Positions 63,311-64,000 of a stretch of 64,000 bases of DNA are shown piece after piece. The notes beneath the pieces are model-generated. The model did no database searches and was not told the DNA's origin. It was given only the letters and a program-made list of their open reading frames with translations. The stretch is taken from IMG/VR virus record IMGVR_UViG_3300033475_000011, positions 16,752-80,751 of that record; one strand, written 5' to 3'. A program made the position numbers and the translations under genes. This DNA comes from a virus (lineage: Duplodnaviria > Caudoviricetes). Positions within the stretch are counted from its first letter, which is position 1, and each line of letters opens with the position of its first letter.

Positions 63311-63724
63311 ATGCCGACTGGTGGTGCTGATCAGGCGATCGGTGACCTGGGACGACTCCAGGGCACCGACCCGGCCGTGCAGCGACGCAACGAGATCCGG
63401 CGGGAGATCGACAAGCAGTACTTCGACCCGACGGACCCGCAAGGTGACATCGGCGTAGCTGCGATGCGCGAGGCTGCGGTCAAGGTGGCCGCTGCCCGTG
63501 AGGCCGCCAAAGACGGCCGCATCACCGAACTCGAAGCCGAAAACGAGCAGCTGCACGCGAACACGATCAAGTTCCGCGAAGAGTCCGGCGAGTACCACTC
63601 GCGCCTAGCGAAGGCGCAGCGCCTCATCGACGCCGTGAGCAGGGGATGGGCTGATGCCCGCGAACTCGGCATCATCCGCGCCGCCCTGGAGGGCACGACC
63701 GACCCGGAGGTGCCCGGTGAGTGA
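63311..63724 (+). CDS. hypothetical coiled-coil protein
   Basis: GAGGAG SD. Confidence 0.6.
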   Translation: MPTGGADQAIGDLGRLQGTDPAVQRRNEIRREIDKQYFDPTDPQGDIGVAAMREAAVKVAAAREAAKDGRITELEAENEQLHANTIKFREESGEYHSRLAKAQRLIDAVSRGWADARELGIIRAALEGTTDPEVPGE

Positions 63725-63911
63725 CCTGAACACCGGTCGCTGCGAGATCTGCCAGCAGCCCGTGCCGACCGCCGAACTCGTCTCGCACATCTCCGCGCAT
63801 CACCCCGACGACTACGCGCCGTTCCAGACGTGGCCAGACGGCGGCGCGGTCATCGAGTACGACGAGGCCGCGTTCACGCCGGAAGCGTTCGAGGAGGTGC
63901 CCGGTGAGTGA
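63717..63911 (+). CDS. C2H2-like Zn-finger mini-protein
   Basis: CEICQ..HISAHH; GGAGG SD. Confidence 0.6.
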   Translation: MSDLNTGRCEICQQPVPTAELVSHISAHHPDDYAPFQTWPDGGAVIEYDEAAFTPEAFEEVPGE

Positions 63912-64000
63912 CATCGCCCAGCGGCTCGTGAAAGCCGCCGCCGAATACGGATGCGACCACGCACCCGACGTGTGCGACGACTGCCAGCGCATCGCCAGCG
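63904..64000 (+). CDS. hypothetical protein, truncated by the window edge
   Basis: GGAGG SD, GTG 63904; open to the end. Confidence 0.5.
   Translation, partial: MSDIAQRLVKAAAEYGCDHAPDVCDDCQRIAS

Noticed and set aside
1-64000. Genome-wide UGA reassignment
   Set aside because: Dozens of genes end in UGA with ATGA/GTGA coupling, so the standard code applies
1-64000. Reverse transcriptase/DGR, shufflon, complete tRNA or rRNA genes
   Set aside because: No RT motifs, template/variable repeat pair, inverted crossover sites around tail genes or full tRNA cloverleaf were seen

Overview
The whole window is one temperate siphovirus genome (about 66-67% GC, >64 kb, both ends fall inside phage early/replication genes) of a filamentous, sporulating actinomycete. 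The host assignment rests on SsgA-like, WhiB, WhiJ-like and DUF397 genes and the absence of lysB. Gene order: end of the right arm (1-3.5 kb); terS; a 7-kb accessory block (leftward RHH-led operon, glycosyltransferase/methyltransferase cassette, RNase AS-like exonuclease); terL, portal, head, tail (with a -1 chaperone frameshift) and lysis genes to 35.9 kb; a central accessory/lysogeny region (LexA-box gene, Thg1-like polymerase plus Xer-like recombinase with a dif-like site, WhiJ-like/DUF397 switch, attP in a tRNA-Asn 3' half, integrase, repressor/Cro); then early and replication genes (SsgA-like, WhiB, paired XREs, AAA ATPase, SNF2 helicase, HNH, two DNA methyltransferases, iteron-containing Rep, DnaC-like loader, DnaB). 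attP is intact with phage genes on both sides, so this looks like the excised or circular form. Best leads, all read by eye and untested: (1) a dif-like site plus thg1-xer operon, giving a second recombination system; (2) a glycosyltransferase whose conserved motif is interrupted by an in-frame UGA that a 9-nt ribosomal hop would restore exactly; (3) a roughly 430-nt pseudoknotted non-coding region upstream of an orphan antitoxin-like HTH; (4) an SOS-box-controlled candidate antirepressor; (5) a foreign 260-bp insert in the capsid ribosome-binding region; (6) a set of host-development regulators. No database searches or folding programs were run, so all family assignments are motif recognition.
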